Shown here: in pieces, positions 19,356 to 29,624 of the stretch
Numbering within the stretch: the stretch's first letter is position 1
Layout: each line of letters begins with the position of its first letter
NCBI GenBank assembly: GCA_038206355.1
Contig: JBBRAY010000001.1
Span: 18,384 to 82,383 of the forward strand
DNA from: Bacteroidia bacterium
GTDB taxonomy: Bacteria; Bacteroidota; Bacteroidia; AKYH767-A; 2013-40CM-41-45
Direction of reading: 5' to 3'
DNA length: 64,000 nucleotides
The notes under the pieces: model-generated
Told to the model about the DNA's origin: nothing
The model's database searches: none
What the model saw: the letters and a program-made list of their open reading frames with translations, nothing else
Program-made: the position numbers and the translations under genes

Positions 19356-19654
19356 AACTTACGCTGCCTTCTCTACCTGATAACCATCCATAATTATCAA
19401 TTCGGAGTTTTTCCTGTTTACGCTTACGGACGTTTTTGTGTTGATGCAATCTTTATTGTTGAAAGCTAGCACAATGCACGATTCACATTGCACAATGCAC
19501 AATGCATGATTAACAGCCGGATAATTAATGTTGGATGACAACTTTTTGAGGGAAAATGAAATCAGCGGATTTGATGAGAACAAAGAATAGGCCGTTTGCA
19601 AATTCACTGATATTTACCTTTGTATGATTACTAAAAATATTTTGTTTCAATAAA

Positions 19655-21439
19655 TTACGATTTATCTCGATTAACTATAATCCCCAGCTCCCTCAATTGC
19701 TCCTCAGAAATCTCCGACGGAGAATCAATCATCACATCCCTTCCTGCATTGTTTTTCGGGAATGCAATGTAGTCGCGGATACTTTCGCTGCCACCGAACA
19801 TAGCACATAATCTGTCAAAGCCGAATGCTATTCCTCCATGTGGCGGGGCACCGTATTCAAATGCATTCATTAAAAAACCAAACTGCGCTTGTGCGTCTTC
19901 ATCGGTGAATCCAAGGATTGAAAACATTTTTTTCTGAAGTTCCTTATTATGAATCCTAATGGACCCACCTCCTATTTCTGTCCCATTGATTACAAGGTCG
20001 TACGCATTGGCACGCACAGCTCCCGGATCTGAATCCAGCAATGCAATGTCTTCCGGTTTGGGAGAAGTAAACGGATGGTGCATGGCAAACCAACGCTTGT
20101 GGTCTTCATTGTATTCAAGCAGTGGAAAGTCAATTACCCACAACGCTTTGTATTCACCGGCCTTTCGCAAACCAAGACGGTTGCCCATTTCAAGGCGGAG
20201 CTCACTCATCGCCTTACGCGTTTTATTTTTTTCACCTGCAAGAATTAGAATCAGGTCGCTCTTTTCTCCTCCGCAGGCTTCAAACCATTTTTGCTGATCT
20301 TCTGCAGTATAAAATTTATCTACTGATGATTTATAAGTTCCGTCAGCATTCCATCTTGCATAAATCAACCCTGTCATTCCTAATTGCGGACGCTTTACCC
20401 ATTCGGTAAGTTCATCCATTTGTTTGCGTGTGTATTCTGCGCAACCCTTTGCACAAATCGCAATCACCGTTTCTGCCTCATCAAAAATTTTGAAACCTCT
20501 ACCTGTAACGAGATTCTCTCCCCTCTCCTTTGAGGAGGGGTCGGTGGAGAGGCTCTTCAGCTTCATTTCAAAACGGATATCGGGCTTGTCGTTGCCATAA
20601 TGTTTCATGGCATCAGCATAAGTCATCCTTGGCAAATCACCGATGTCAACACCTTTCACTGATTTGAACAAATGATTTGTAAGGCCTTCAAATGTATTAA
20701 GGATGTCTTCCTGTTCCACGAAACTCATTTCGCAATCTATCTGTGTGAATTCCGGCTGGCGGTCGGCGCGTAAATCTTCATCGCGGAAACATTTCACGAT
20801 CTGGTAGTACCGATCCATTCCTGCAACCATCAGCAATTGCTTAAAAGTTTGAGGCGACTGGGGCAAAGCATAAAATTCTCCCTGGTTCATTCGTGACGGA
20901 ACAACAAAATCCCGTGCACCTTCCGGGGTTGATTTAATAAGCACAGGCGTTTCTATCTCACAAAAATTTTCGTTGAAGAGATAGTTGCGTGTTTCAGCTG
21001 CAACGCGTGCACGAAGCAACAATGATTCCTTTACCGGATTTCTTCTGATATCAAGGTACCGGTATTTCATCCGGAGTTCGTCGCCTCCATCAGTATTTTC
21101 TTCGATGGTAAATGGAGGAATTATGGATGTATTCAAAATTTCAAGGTGATTCACCACAATTTCAATATCGCCGGTAATCATCTTTGCATTTTTATTGCTG
21201 CGCTCGGCAACAACGCCGGAAACTTTAATCACAAATTCCCGTCCAAGTTTGCGTGCCTGTTCACAGAGTGCAGCATTGGTTTCCATATTAAATACCAGTT
21301 GTGTAATTCCGTAACGGTCGCGAAGGTCGGTAAAGGTCATTCCCCCTAAATCGCGGGAGCGTTGCAGCCATCCGCAAAGCGTTACCTTTTTATCTTTGTC
21401 ATTAATTGTGAGTTCACCACAGGTATGTGTTCGAAGCAT
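19655..21439 (-). CDS. aspS: aspartate--tRNA ligase
   Basis: Starting at [11 protein letters not shown] (Met at 21439). Contains class II motifs ([35 protein letters not shown]) and bacterial-type length with an insertion domain. Confidence 0.93.
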   Translation of the reverse strand: MLRTHTCGELTINDKDKKVTLCGWLQRSRDLGGMTFTDLRDRYGITQLVFNMETNAALCEQARKLGREFVIKVSGVVAERSNKNAKMITGDIEIVVNHLEILNTSIIPPFTIEENTDGGDELRMKYRYLDIRRNPVKESLLLRARVAAETRNYLFNENFCEIETPVLIKSTPEGARDFVVPSRMNQGEFYALPQSPQTFKQLLMVAGMDRYYQIVKCFRDEDLRADRQPEFTQIDCEMSFVEQEDILNTFEGLTNHLFKSVKGVDIGDLPRMTYADAMKHYGNDKPDIRFEMKLKSLSTDPSSKERGENLVTGRGFKIFDEAETVIAICAKGCAEYTRKQMDELTEWVKRPQLGMTGLIYARWNADGTYKSSVDKFYTAEDQQKWFEACGGEKSDLILILAGEKNKTRKAMSELRLEMGNRLGLRKAGEYKALWVIDFPLLEYNEDHKRWFAMHHPFTSPKPEDIALLDSDPGAVRANAYDLVINGTEIGGGSIRIHNKELQKKMFSILGFTDEDAQAQFGFLMNAFEYGAPPHGGIAFGFDRLCAMFGGSESIRDYIAFPKNNAGRDVMIDSPSEISEEQLRELGIIVNRDKS

Positions 21440-21491
21440 GGTACAGGAAATTGGATTGCGAAAATAGAAATTAGATGCGGACGGGGACAAT

Positions 21492-21519
21492 AAAAAAAGC
21501 TGCCCGTATAGAGCAGCTC
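21492..21519 (-). terminator. intrinsic terminator after the outer-membrane protein gene
   Basis: The minus strand reads AGCTGC-tctatacgg-GCAGCT followed by TTTTTTTAT, 26 nt downstream of the stop at 21545. Confidence 0.6.
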
Positions 21520-21544
21520 TTAAAAGTAATATCTTATTAATATT

Positions 21545-22363
21545 TTACTTGCTTCCTCCAAAAGAGAGTTTAGCACCAACGTGAATTCCGAAGCTGCTGA
21601 AGGGATTATAGTCTTTTAACTCCTGGTTATTCACTCCAAATATGGCAGATTGACTTTGTGCGCCTGAAAGTTTATCCACATAAGTCTGGGTTCCCGATTC
21701 CGATTGCGTACTAATACCTGATGTCACATTTCTGGACCATTCATTTTTTTCCGGCGCCCAGGTCTGATTGATGCTATTTAGCTCAAGGAAAATTCCAATC
21801 ATGTCAGAAAGTTCAAAGTCAACACCAAATGCACCCATCCAGCCAATTGAAGTACCACCGGAATATTTACGTGTATCTTTATAAGTATAACCTACTCCGG
21901 TCTCCGTATAAGTTAAATCACCTTTTGCTCCCACACCGATAACCAATCCGAATTTTGCATAGGGCTTCATTTTTTCACCGCCGGTAACTTTCAGTGCAGG
22001 CGTAATTCTCATAATTTTTCCCTTTACCTCACCGTTTCCGGTTACTCCCTGATCATCGCTATAAGTAGTCTTGTATTTCGAGCCAAACAACATGGAGAAA
22101 CTTGCTTCAGCCCCGATATTTTCATTAAACATGTAACCTAATCCAAGTCCGAAACCAAATCCTTTTCCATAAGAACCGGTTTTAATTTCCATTGATGAAG
22201 TACCGGCTATTGTGTTGTCTGTCTGATTTACTCCAATAACCTGCTTTGCAGCATTGAGATTATACCCGAGGCCAAGATTGACGTAGACGCCCTGCGCATT
22301 TGTTATTAATGCCACTGCAGAAAAAACGGCTGCCATAAATGTAATTTTGTTAAATGTTTTCAT
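21545..22363 (-). CDS. putative outer-membrane beta-barrel protein
   Basis: 272 aa with a signal peptide (FMAAVFSAVALITNAQG) and alternating Gly/aromatic beta-strand pattern throughout. Confidence 0.5.
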   Translation of the reverse strand: MKTFNKITFMAAVFSAVALITNAQGVYVNLGLGYNLNAAKQVIGVNQTDNTIAGTSSMEIKTGSYGKGFGFGLGLGYMFNENIGAEASFSMLFGSKYKTTYSDDQGVTGNGEVKGKIMRITPALKVTGGEKMKPYAKFGLVIGVGAKGDLTYTETGVGYTYKDTRKYSGGTSIGWMGAFGVDFELSDMIGIFLELNSINQTWAPEKNEWSRNVTSGISTQSESGTQTYVDKLSGAQSQSAIFGVNNQELKDYNPFSSFGIHVGAKLSFGGSK

Positions 22364-22389
22364 TGTAATTGATGTTTATAGTTAGGCTT

Positions 22390-22397
22390 CAAAGCTA
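22390..22397 (-). promoter_or_regulatory. -7 promoter box TAGCTTTG (minus strand)
   Basis: The + strand CAAAGCTA lies 26 nt upstream of the ATG at 22363. Confidence 0.45.
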
Positions 22398-22429
22398 ATC
22401 TATTTTTATAATTTCCAAAAACGGATCAG

Positions 22430-22888
22430 ATGTCTTTTCTTTATACCATGAATCTGAATACCGATGAATACTACATGCGTGAAGCACTGAAAGAGGCACA
22501 GAAAGCACTGGCAGATGACGAAGTTCCCATTGGTGCTGTGATTGTTTGCAGAAATAAAATCATCGGACGCGGTTACAACCTTACAGAAAGACTGGTTGAC
22601 GTTACGGCACATGCAGAGATGCAGGCTTTCACTGCAGCGTCAAATTACATCGGCGGGAAATACCTGGAAGAATGTACGTTGTACGTTACTGTTGAGCCAT
22701 GCGTAATGTGTGCGGGTGCAAGTTACTGGACGCATATCAGTAAAATCGTATATGGAGCAAGGGATGAAAAGCGCGGATTTCTTCTGGTAGACAAAAAAAT
22801 ATTACATCCCAAAACAATCCTTACCGGTGGAATACTTGAAGCAGAATGTGCGATGCTGATGAAGGATTTTTTTAAAAAGAAGCGGTGA
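22430..22888 (+). CDS. tadA: tRNA adenosine(34) deaminase TadA
   Basis: CDA zinc motifs HAEMQA and PCVMCAGA, with typical length. The start could be the Met at 22448. Confidence 0.88.
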   Translation: MSFLYTMNLNTDEYYMREALKEAQKALADDEVPIGAVIVCRNKIIGRGYNLTERLVDVTAHAEMQAFTAASNYIGGKYLEECTLYVTVEPCVMCAGASYWTHISKIVYGARDEKRGFLLVDKKILHPKTILTGGILEAECAMLMKDFFKKKR

Positions 22889-22889
22889 A

Positions 22890-23324
22890 TCAGGATGAAA
22901 CCTGTACGCCAACCAATTGTTCTTTCCAGCTTTCCATCAAACGCAATGATTCCTGGGTGAGTGGCTTTTCCAGCTGACCAATGATTAATTTATTGTTATT
23001 CAATTTATCAATGTCTTCCTGTTTCTGAAAAACGGACAACACTACAATTTTTGTTTTGTCAAGAATATAAGATGGAAGGGTTCCGAATATCTTAATAAAA
23101 TCGAAACCACTCATGCCGGGCAGATTCATGTCCAGCAAAATAAGATCGGGCGACTGCGCTTCATTTTTCACTTCATGCCTTAAAAAGTCAACGGCTTCCT
23201 CAGCATTGGATGTAATGGTGACGTGTGATGCAAAATGCATCAGCTCCATAAGACGTCTGTACACGAGAACGTCAATCTCACTGTCCTCAATAAGTAAGAT
23301 GTGCTTGTATGCGTAATCGTTCAT
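22890..23324 (-). CDS. single-domain response regulator (receiver only)
   Basis: 144 aa with an acidic pocket (ILLIEDSEID), a phospho-acceptor context (DLILLDMNLPGMSG) and a conserved Lys (EKPL). Confidence 0.85.
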   Translation of the reverse strand: MNDYAYKHILLIEDSEIDVLVYRRLMELMHFASHVTITSNAEEAVDFLRHEVKNEAQSPDLILLDMNLPGMSGFDFIKIFGTLPSYILDKTKIVVLSVFQKQEDIDKLNNNKLIIGQLEKPLTQESLRLMESWKEQLVGVQVSS

Positions 23325-23346
23325 CAGAAAATTTTTAAAAGATGAG

Positions 23347-23354
23347 CAAAGATA
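23347..23354 (-). promoter_or_regulatory. -7 promoter box TATCTTTG (minus strand)
   Basis: The + strand CAAAGATA lies 22 nt upstream of the ATG at 23324. Confidence 0.45.
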
Positions 23355-23368
23355 TTAATTCATCGCAA

Positions 23369-23767
23369 TTAAACATTCAAAGCAGAAAGTATCTGTGCAT
23401 TCAAAGGCTTATTCAGAAAGCGTTTCACGTACTTGTTCTGATTTGCCCGATTGAGATCCTTGAAACTGTCGCTGGTAGAAAGCATCACAATTTTGCACTT
23501 TGATTTTACGGCATCAGCAAGTTTTTGGAACTCATCCAGAAATTCAAAACCGTCCATCTGAGGCATCATGATATCGAGAAATATCAGGTCAGGAATCAGA
23601 TTGGGAGCACCTGCGTTAATTTTCAGGTAGTCGAGTGCACTTTGTGCCGAAGCATGAACAGTGGTGGCGCCGCCGAAAGAATCTGATTCAATCATTTTCT
23701 TATTGACGAAATTATCAAGCTCGTTGTCATCAATCAGCATGACAAGGGAATATTTATTTGTACTCAT
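23369..23767 (-). CDS. single-domain response regulator (receiver only)
   Basis: 132 aa with the receiver motifs LIDDNELD, DLIFLDIMMPQMDGFEF and NKPL. Confidence 0.85.
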   Translation of the reverse strand: MSTNKYSLVMLIDDNELDNFVNKKMIESDSFGGATTVHASAQSALDYLKINAGAPNLIPDLIFLDIMMPQMDGFEFLDEFQKLADAVKSKCKIVMLSTSDSFKDLNRANQNKYVKRFLNKPLNAQILSALNV

Positions 23768-23788
23768 TGTTTCTATTTAATAACCCAA

Positions 23789-23796
23789 CAAAACTA
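23789..23796 (-). promoter_or_regulatory. -7 promoter box TAGTTTTG (minus strand)
   Basis: The + strand CAAAACTA lies 21 nt upstream of the ATG at 23767. Confidence 0.45.
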
Positions 23797-23966
23797 ACTG
23801 ATGTGTGCAATGGAAATCTTTTTCCTTTGATTAAATATGAACAACATTCAATTGCCTAAGTATAATGATTTGCAATGGTGCAAAAACCCACGGGTACTTG
23901 TAGTGAGAGAACAATCTAAAAAAAAACACCCCGCAATTGCAGGGCGCTTTTCTCATGGTGAAAAAA

Positions 23967-26429
23967 CTATTCGTCTTCGATCAGTAATTTTTTAGTAATC
24001 GCCTGTTCATGATTAATCAGCTGAACAAAATATATTCCCTGGCGGACAAACATTTCAGAGCGGTTGATCCGCAGCTCAACGGGTTCATTTGTTTCAAGAG
24101 CTGCGATCTCTGTAAAATAGACCTGACGTCCATTGATATCATAAATTGAAATTCTTGTATTTGATTTTGGTGCAGGGAAAGCAATGGTGAATTGTCCTGT
24201 GGCAGGATTCGGATACAAGCTGAATTCTTTGTCCACTGTTCCATCAAAACTACCGGCCATTCTTGCGCCGGATTTCTGAATTGTAAACTGATCCCAAACC
24301 GATCCGTCATTCAAAACAAATTTTGAATCAAGGCGATCGCCTGTAACATCAATCGCCAGCGAACCATACTTTGTATTGGTAGAGGTGTACATGGCATTGT
24401 GCGGCCATCCCGTCGATGTAGTACCAACCTGCGCTGCAGCACCACAAACCACATAAACGGTTCCGTCAAAATTGGGAGATGATTTGGTATAGGAGTTTGG
24501 ATATATACCTGTATTGCCGCTTACTTTCATTGCAGAAGTAAAGGTCGGCTCAAGGCCTGTATGACCTTTAATAAGATAAGACCTTTCATAAGCATGGCTA
24601 TGACCGTTAATGACAAGGTCTACTTTGTGTGATTCCAGTATCGGAATAATATTGTTGCGCATACCTATTGATTCAGCATCAGCATCAGAATCATGTGAAC
24701 CTTTTGTATAAGGCGGATGATGGAAATAAACAATGGTCCAGCGTTGAGTATTTGCATTCAAATCATTGGTAAGCCAGGTTGCCATTGCTCCTGTGGCAGA
24801 TCTGAATGAAGCATCATACGACTCCAGGGAAACAAAATGAATGTTGGCATAATTAAATGAGTAATATGCTTCTGTATTTGAAGCCACGCCACCGGCCTGG
24901 GCAGTTTTTGGCAAATTAAAAATATCAAAGAAAGGACCCGTCTGAGTAGAAGCTACAGCACTGTGAAGGTCATGGTTTCCGGTTGTGGGCCAGAAGACCC
25001 ATTTCTTAAAGGCTTCCTGATAATAATTAAATACGTTGCTGGTAAATTCGGCATCAGTTCCATCAGCGTATGCATTGTCGCCTGCGCTCAGCCATACATT
25101 TGTATAATTTGATCCTCTGAAATTTTTATAGGCATCCCTCACTGTTGACTGCTGAGAAGTTCCAACACCAAAATCTCCGATGGCCCAGATGCGAACAGTT
25201 CCTGTTGAACCAACGGAAGGGTTGGTATAAAAATAATTTGATGAATCGCCCTGGAGTGTAACTGTAGTGGTTCCTATTTTATAGTAATACTTTGTATTGG
25301 TGGCCAATCCTGTTAATTGAATAGCGTGTTCGGTTGATGAGGTGCTATTGGTAACTGAACTGGGATAGGTTCCCAACACAGTTCCGTAATACACTTTTGA
25401 ATTGGATGCCAGACTCGTCCTCCAGTTGATGTAAATGGAATTGGTAGTCGAGAGCTGGAGGTATGGACCACGCGTCAATGAAAGTGTTGAAGAGATGGTC
25501 TGGAAAATACCTGATGTTGAATAGGCACTTGTTCCGTTAGAACAAACCGTCTGCACCTGAAACTCATACCAGGTAGAAGCAGTAAGTCCGGTTACATTTT
25601 TAGAAGTGGAGGTTGATGTAACAGTTGTCCAGTTACCGGAATAGCGGATGGCATACTTTATATTATAGCTCACCGCACCGGAAACTGCTGTCCATCCCAT
25701 GGTTGCAGAGGATGCAGTAATGCTGCTGCTTGTAAAGGTACTTGCATTCGGTGTTCCACATGATGATGAAATTGTGGAAAAGCTATTTGATGCTGAATAT
25801 GATGAAGATGTTCCTCCGCTGCAAAGACAGCATACGATCCATGTATAGCTGGTGTTCGATGCCAGTCCGGTGAAGTTATAAGAGTGCAGTGAACCCGCCA
25901 CGCTTACCCAGGTATAACTTGAGGTACCGGTTACATTATAACGGATCTGGAAATTATCGGCGCTGATTAATGTATTCCAGTTGAGCACTGCGCTGTTGGC
26001 TGTAATGCTTGTAGTCGATGTCTTATTCGGCATTATGCAATATGCCGTGGTGTTTAAGGTTGTAAATGTATTTGCCATTGTCTGATACGGTCCTGATTGT
26101 CCACCGCTGCAATATGTATGTATCATCCAACTGTAGGTAGTATTTGGATAGAGGCCGGTAAGTGTATATGAAGTTGATGTCCCCGGCTTTACTGTTTTGT
26201 AATAAGTTGTATTCGGATTTGCAACATCATTATACCTGACAAGCAAACTATCACAGGAAACTGCTGTCCACTTTAGTTTAGCACTCACATTGGTAATGGT
26301 AGAAGTGGAAAGTCCGGTCACTGCATTGCATGCGCCATTGGCAAACCGATGATTGCAGGTTATTAATCCAATAATAATTCCGGCCAGTAGAGTTGCTTGT
26401 TTCATGCGATTAATTTTGAATTCCGTCAC
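23967..26429 (-). CDS. T9SS cargo metallophosphoesterase (purple-acid-phosphatase-like) with N-terminal FN3-like modules
   Basis: 820 aa with three Cys-framed FN3-like modules, then the calcineurin-like motifs GDFG, GDNAY, GNHD and GHSHAYER, and a CTD (FSLYPNPATGQFTI...GIYFVQL). Confidence 0.85.
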   Translation of the reverse strand: MTEFKINRMKQATLLAGIIIGLITCNHRFANGACNAVTGLSTSTITNVSAKLKWTAVSCDSLLVRYNDVANPNTTYYKTVKPGTSTSYTLTGLYPNTTYSWMIHTYCSGGQSGPYQTMANTFTTLNTTAYCIMPNKTSTTSITANSAVLNWNTLISADNFQIRYNVTGTSSYTWVSVAGSLHSYNFTGLASNTSYTWIVCCLCSGGTSSSYSASNSFSTISSSCGTPNASTFTSSSITASSATMGWTAVSGAVSYNIKYAIRYSGNWTTVTSTSTSKNVTGLTASTWYEFQVQTVCSNGTSAYSTSGIFQTISSTLSLTRGPYLQLSTTNSIYINWRTSLASNSKVYYGTVLGTYPSSVTNSTSSTEHAIQLTGLATNTKYYYKIGTTTVTLQGDSSNYFYTNPSVGSTGTVRIWAIGDFGVGTSQQSTVRDAYKNFRGSNYTNVWLSAGDNAYADGTDAEFTSNVFNYYQEAFKKWVFWPTTGNHDLHSAVASTQTGPFFDIFNLPKTAQAGGVASNTEAYYSFNYANIHFVSLESYDASFRSATGAMATWLTNDLNANTQRWTIVYFHHPPYTKGSHDSDADAESIGMRNNIIPILESHKVDLVINGHSHAYERSYLIKGHTGLEPTFTSAMKVSGNTGIYPNSYTKSSPNFDGTVYVVCGAAAQVGTTSTGWPHNAMYTSTNTKYGSLAIDVTGDRLDSKFVLNDGSVWDQFTIQKSGARMAGSFDGTVDKEFSLYPNPATGQFTIAFPAPKSNTRISIYDINGRQVYFTEIAALETNEPVELRINRSEMFVRQGIYFVQLINHEQAITKKLLIEDE

Positions 26430-26702
26430 TCATTTAATTTGCCTTAAACCCTTTGTTAACAGCGGAGCCCCAGGCGAAATAAACAAATTATTTGATTGAG
26501 AATTATCCAAAAAAACTTTCTGATTTTTACTTCACAATCCATCCAAACTCTAAAACATTATACAGAATCTATACAAGATTGTTGTAGTTTCAGGAAAATT
26601 TGCCTGAGCTGAAAAGAGAAAAAAGACAGAAATTAATATTGATAAAGTCACGCAGGAGAATTCCGACCAATCTGCAGCACTAAAAATAAAAAACTCTATA
26701 TC

Positions 26703-29249
26703 TTATTTCATCACCACAAATTTATCAGCATGTTTTTCATTTCCCAATTGTGTGCTTAGAAAATAAACTCCTGATGAAAGTCCGGATACATTTAAACGAA
26801 TAAGATTTTTTTCCTGTGCGGCAATTCCCCGTTGCTGAGTCAGCACAATTTTACCGGTTTGATCATAGATAAATAAATCTGCTATATTACTGACTGCAGA
26901 ATTAATCATGACTGTCAGTTCATCTTTTACCGGGTTAGAAATAATTTTCTGTATAAAATCGCTGGTGAAAGAAGCCGGTGGTACGGAAGTATTGACATCA
27001 AATACCTGTATTTTGTAAACCCCGTTGCCATGGGTAAAAGCGACCAATGAAACGTCGGAAGGAGAATACTTCAGATCGAACACCATTACTCCTTCCGGAA
27101 GTCCCATGTTGAATGCGTACCATGAAGCACCACCGTTAACGGAAGCAAATACACCGAGGTCGCAACCCACAAATAATGTTTCAGGAGAAGCCGGTAATAT
27201 TTCAATTGTATGAAATGGAAGGTCGGGAAGAATACCGGTCAGGTCATTCCAGGTAACACCGGCATCAGAAGATTTAAAAATATGTCCTGTACCGAATCCT
27301 GAAAAAACAACATACACCTCGCTGCTGTTTTGCGGATTCACTGCTATGTCGCGTGGAAAACGGTTGGGCAGATTCCCGCTGATATCAGTAAGCGTGCTTC
27401 CCCCATCAGTACTTTTAAATATGTGCATGCTGCGAACGTCGTCAGGTGCAGTAGCAATATAAAGTGAATCTGAATTGGTATAAGATACTGCAATTGACAA
27501 CGCGGCGTTTCCGGAATCAATATCACCGGTCAGTGGAAACCATGAAAATCCTCCGTTGGTACTTTTGTAAAGTGTATCTGATGCGGCATACATAATATCT
27601 TTATCCGAGTTACAAAGAACAAACGGAGCGATGAACGCAACGGTGTTGGGTCCGGCGGGATTACTGCTATGGCTAAAGATGTTATACCAGTTGAACCCGC
27701 GGTCATCACTACGCAGGATATTGAGGTATTGCCAGGAACAATATTGTATGTAATCATCATCGGGATTGATGGCACAAAAAGATCCGTCACCGCCATACAC
27801 AGGCGCCCAGTAAATGGTTCCGTTGTAACGGTTGGTATAATTATCCTGAGCCCCTGCAATCATAAGGTTCTGACTGGTGGCTGACACAGCACCGATATAA
27901 AACTGCGAGGTAATGTACCCATCAACACAATTGAAATAGCTGTCGCCAAAATCATTGCTCCTGTAAAGTCCGGCATCAGTGAGGATGTATAGTTTGTCCG
28001 GATTAAGCGGATTGGAAACGATATCATGAATATCAGAATGGATATAATCATTACCCCATCCAATATTTGATACCTGAAAAATACTTATGCCATTGTTATC
28101 GCTGCGAAAAACTTCAACACCTCCGAACATCATTCGTGTGGAGTCATCTGATTTAATCCACAAACCTTTTGCATACCATCCCTGGTAGGATACTATTTCA
28201 GTACCATTCACTAAGTTCCATGTATTCCCGCCATTGTAGGAGCGGTATACTCCCACCGTGCTGAATAAATCTGCAACAAGCGCATAAACGGTATTGTGAT
28301 TGAGTGGATTGAGGCGAAGTGATATGCGTCCTTGATTGGTGCCGGGAGGTAACCCTGAAGTAAGATGCGTCCAGTTTGCACCGCCATCAGTCGTCCTCCA
28401 GATACCATGTGACGGACTGCTGGTATTACCCACTCCTGCATATACTGTTGCCGGATTTACGGGATCCATGGCAAGGTCCATCACCATCAGTTCATTCAGT
28501 ACCAGGTTCCATGTAACGCCGCCATCTATCGTCTGATAAATTCCTTCTGTAGTTGCTGCATAAATTTCATCCGTATTATTTGGATTCATCTCCATGTCCC
28601 AGATGCCGCGCGTCTGATCATAATTCCAGTTCAGCGAAGGCGCCCAGGTAATTCCGCCATCCATACTTTTTAAAATACCGATACCCACACTACCCCTTGT
28701 AGGTCTTTCGAGAAGTCCATTCACAGCACTTGCATGTGTATGCACTTCTCCGGTACCGATATACATTTCAAGGGGGTTGATGTGGTTGATGGAAATGCAA
28801 CTTACGCCGCGAACAGGAAACCCTGTAGGCACATAGTTCCAGGCTGACAGACCAATGCCACCGGTTGTACTCTTCCACAATCCACCTGAAGCAGAGCCAA
28901 GCCAGACGGTGGATGTATCAGCAGGATCAAACGCAATACACAATGTGCGACCGCCCAAATTATTAGGGCCGATGCTTTGCCATGGATTCAATGTACTGCT
29001 TCGCTGATTGCTTGCAGCGAATTTTGATTTATACTGGTTGAATGCCATTGCGTATCCATCTTCCGGAATATCAACATTGGGATATGCTGCTGCAACTGAC
29101 ATAAACTGCATGGCATCCCATGCTTCATTTCGTTCCGTTTCTTTTTCCATTTTCTCATTTTCATGCAGTGCCTTCTTTTCAGGGATAAAAAAATAACCTG
29201 TGGCTACAATTGTCACGGCTAAAAAAAATATTGCAAAAAACTTTTTCAT
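26703..29249 (-). CDS. T9SS cargo BNR/Asp-box repeat protein (sortilin/VPS10 or GH74-like beta-propellers)
   Basis: 848 aa with at least 8 Asp-box motifs (S.DGG.TW: KSMDGGITW, QTIDGGVTW, RTTDGGANW, KSTNGGFSW, KSSDAGVTW, ...) and a CTD (GVYFLSTQLG...FVVMK). Confidence 0.8.
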   Translation of the reverse strand: MKKFFAIFFLAVTIVATGYFFIPEKKALHENEKMEKETERNEAWDAMQFMSVAAAYPNVDIPEDGYAMAFNQYKSKFAASNQRSSTLNPWQSIGPNNLGGRTLCIAFDPADTSTVWLGSASGGLWKSTTGGIGLSAWNYVPTGFPVRGVSCISINHINPLEMYIGTGEVHTHASAVNGLLERPTRGSVGIGILKSMDGGITWAPSLNWNYDQTRGIWDMEMNPNNTDEIYAATTEGIYQTIDGGVTWNLVLNELMVMDLAMDPVNPATVYAGVGNTSSPSHGIWRTTDGGANWTHLTSGLPPGTNQGRISLRLNPLNHNTVYALVADLFSTVGVYRSYNGGNTWNLVNGTEIVSYQGWYAKGLWIKSDDSTRMMFGGVEVFRSDNNGISIFQVSNIGWGNDYIHSDIHDIVSNPLNPDKLYILTDAGLYRSNDFGDSYFNCVDGYITSQFYIGAVSATSQNLMIAGAQDNYTNRYNGTIYWAPVYGGDGSFCAINPDDDYIQYCSWQYLNILRSDDRGFNWYNIFSHSSNPAGPNTVAFIAPFVLCNSDKDIMYAASDTLYKSTNGGFSWFPLTGDIDSGNAALSIAVSYTNSDSLYIATAPDDVRSMHIFKSTDGGSTLTDISGNLPNRFPRDIAVNPQNSSEVYVVFSGFGTGHIFKSSDAGVTWNDLTGILPDLPFHTIEILPASPETLFVGCDLGVFASVNGGASWYAFNMGLPEGVMVFDLKYSPSDVSLVAFTHGNGVYKIQVFDVNTSVPPASFTSDFIQKIISNPVKDELTVMINSAVSNIADLFIYDQTGKIVLTQQRGIAAQEKNLIRLNVSGLSSGVYFLSTQLGNEKHADKFVVMK

Positions 29250-29624
29250 GATAAGGGGATTAGGGGATAAGTTGTAAAGATAGATAAGAGTTTGATCCGA
29301 GAAACAGGTCAGATGCGGTTACCATTATAAATGGAAACCTGAAGATTCACAATAGGATTCTTTAATAACAAGAAACAAGTAAACAGACCGACCACTTCAT
29401 TCTTCAAAAAATTACATTTGCAATGTTCATTGATATCGCGGCCCTGCAACCAATTCATCATGAATGAAAAGTACATTGCTGCCGGAAATTGTCGTGACCT
29501 CAGTGTCATTTAAATTGTCAATATCAGTAACGCATCAAATCAGAAAACGCTACCTTATACCGCTTTGAAAATTTGCTGTCGGGGTAAAAAAGATAAAAAC
29601 AAGATTTGTCCGCTCAATTAAATT

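Noticed and set aside
19469-19506. CACAATGCA short tandem or dispersed repeats (GCACAATGCAC...CACAATGCACAATGCA) between the convergent cargo gene and aspS.
   Set aside because: There are only three to four short units and no clear hairpin or partner site. Treated as low-complexity spacer.
21440-21490. N-terminal extensions of listed ORFs: aspS by 17 codons, recX by 36, msrA by 17, the DUF4290 gene by 36, the PAS kinase by 13 and SulP by about 30.
   Set aside because: The family-typical N-termini begin at internal start codons, and the extensions run into promoter boxes or non-coding-looking sequence.
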